Of a stretch of DNA of 48,696 bases, positions 46,815 to 48,696 are shown one piece after another (within the stretch, counting starts at the first letter, position 1; every line of letters starts with the position of its first letter). Both the position numbers and the translations under genes were made by a program. This DNA comes from Isurus oxyrinchus (taxonomy: Eukaryota): contig JANJGN010000926.1 of assembly GCA_026770705.1 (NCBI GenBank), positions 186,001 through 234,696 of the forward strand, written 5' to 3'. The notes under the pieces were generated by a model. The model was not told where the DNA came from and ran no database searches. It worked only from the letters and a program-made list of their open reading frames with translations.

Positions 46815-48696
46815 GCCTCCTCCCCCTCCTCATCCCCTTCCTCATCCCCTCCCCCTCCTCATCCCCCTCCTCATCCCCTTCCTCATCCCCTCCCCCTCCT
46901 CCTCCCCTCCTCATCCCCCTCCTCATCCCCGTACTCATCTCCCTCCCTATCTCCCTCCTCATCCCCCTCTTCATCCCCCTGCTCATTTCCTCCTCATCTC
47001 CCTCCTTATCCCCTCCTCATCCCCGTCTTCATCGTCCTCCTCACTCCCCTCCTCATCCCCCTCCTCATCTCCCTCCTCATCCCCCACCTCATCCCCTCCT
47101 CATTCCCTCCTCATCCCCCTCCTCATCATCCTCCTGACCCCCCTCCTCATCCCCTCCTAATCCCCCTCCTCATCCCCTCCTCATCCCCCTCCTCATCCTC
47201 ATCCCCTCCTCATCCCCACCTCATCCCTTCCTCATCCTCCTCCTCATCTCCCTCCTCATCACCTCTTCATCCCCCTCCTCATCCCCCTCCTCATCCACTT
47301 CTCATCCCCTCCTCATCCCCCTCCTCATCTCCCTCCTCATCACCTCTTCATCCCCCTCCTCATCCCCCTCCTCATCCCCTCGTCATCCCCTCTTCATCCC
47401 CCTCCTCATCCCCTCCTCATCCTCCTACTCATCTCCCTCCTCATCCCCCTCCTAATCCCTTCCTCCTCCTCCTCCTCATCTCCCTCCTCATCTCCCTCCT
47501 CATCCCCCACCTCATCCCCTCCTCATTCCCTCCTCATCCCCTCCTCATCCCCCTCCTCATCCCCTCGTCATCCCCTCCTCATCCCCCTCCCTATCCCTCT
47601 CCTCATCCCCCTCCTCATCCCCTCCTCATCCTCCTCCTCATCTCCCTCCTCATCCCCCTCCTCATCGCCTCATCACTCTCCTCATCCCCCTCCTCATCCC
47701 CTCCTCATCCTCCTCCTCATATCCCTCCTCATCCCCCTCCTCATATCCCTCCTCATCCCTATCCTCATCCCCTCATCATCCCCTCCTCATCCCCCTCCTC
47801 ATCCCCTTCTCATCCTCCTCCTCAACTCCCTCCTCATCACCCTCCTCATCCCCCTCCTCATCATCCTCCTCATCTCCCTCCTCATCCCCTCCTAATCCCC
47901 CTCCCTATCCCTCTCCTCATCCCCCTCCTCATCACCTCCTCATCCTCCTCCTCATCTCCCTCCTCATCCCCCTCCTCATCGCCTCCTCATCCTCCTCCTC
48001 ATCTCCCTCCTCATTCCACTCCTCATCCCCTCCTCATCCCCTCCTCATCTCCCTTCTCATCCCGCTCCTCATTCCCTCGTCATCCCCTCCTCATCCCCTC
48101 CTCATCCTCCTCATCATCTCCCTCCTCATCCCCCTCCTCATCCCCTCCTCATACTCCTCCTCATCGGCCTCCTCATCCCCCTCCTCATCCCCTCCTCATC
48201 CTCCTCCTCATCTCCCTCCTAATCCCCCTCCTCATCCCCTCCACATCCTCCTCCTCATCTCCCTCCTCATCCCCTCCTCATCCCCCTCCTCATTTCCCTC
48301 CTCATCCCCCTCCACCTCCCCCTCCCCCTCCTCTTCCCCTCCTCATCTCCCTCCTCATCACCTCCTCATCCCCCTCCCCCTCCCACTCCTTGTCCCCCTC
48401 CTCATCTCCCTCCTCATTCCCCCCCTCATTCCCCTCCTCATCCTCCTCTTCATCCCCTCGTCATCCACTCCTCATCTACCTCCTCATCTCCCTCCTCTTC
48501 CCCTCCTCATCCCCCTCCTCATTCCCCTCCTCATCCTCCTCTTCATCCCCTCCTCATCTACCTCCTCATCTCCCTCCTCTTCCTCCTCCTCTTCCCCCTC
48601 CGCATCATCTCCCTCCTCATCTCCCTCCTCATCCCCTCCTCATCCCCCTCCTCATCCCCTCCTCATCCTCCTCCTCATCTCCCTCCTCATCCCCCT
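46815..48696. repeat. ~12-13-bp C-rich minisatellite (CCTCCTCATCCC)n
   Basis: Continuous to the end of the window. Confidence 0.95.

Noticed and set aside
45972-47160. Pro/His/Gly-rich ORFs resembling extensin or collagen-like proteins
   Set aside because: Artefacts of G-rich and C-rich simple repeats.

Overview
Eukaryotic vertebrate DNA, most likely a cartilaginous fish (inferred from Deu-domain SacSINE1-like SINEs, CR1/L2 LINE debris and palindromic repeats typical of shark genomes). The window is a repeat-rich, rearranged cluster of Siglec-like (CD33/MAG/CD22-type) immunoglobulin-superfamily genes, reconstructed by hand from GT/AG splice sites. Three close paralogues share the layout 5'UTR exon - signal exon - V-set exon, with a C2-set exon visible in B and C. 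Copy A (minus, 612-6308) has a nonsense codon and has lost the sialic-acid-binding Arg. Copy B (minus, 9544-14104) has a nonsense codon, a half-deleted third Ig exon and a transmembrane exon with an intramembrane Arg and a short tail (activating type). Copy C (plus, 22493-25047) has intact leader, V and C2 exons but no recognisable TM exon. An orphan terminal exon carrying an ITIM (SVYGNL*) lies at 17409-17525 on the minus strand. A more distant MAG/Siglec-like copy D (minus, 35858-41170) is fused by deletion to a Gypsy gag. A probable broken hepcidin-like gene (signal exon, 57-nt propeptide exon, BMP/C-EBP/TATA promoter motifs) lies at about 27.9-30.4 kb. The rest is Gypsy LTR elements, LINEs, SINEs, retroposon-derived minisatellites, microsatellites and two N gaps. 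Together this suggests a birth-and-death, paired activating/inhibitory Siglec-like receptor family with hypervariable ligand-binding loops. Coordinates were counted by eye and may be off by a few bases.
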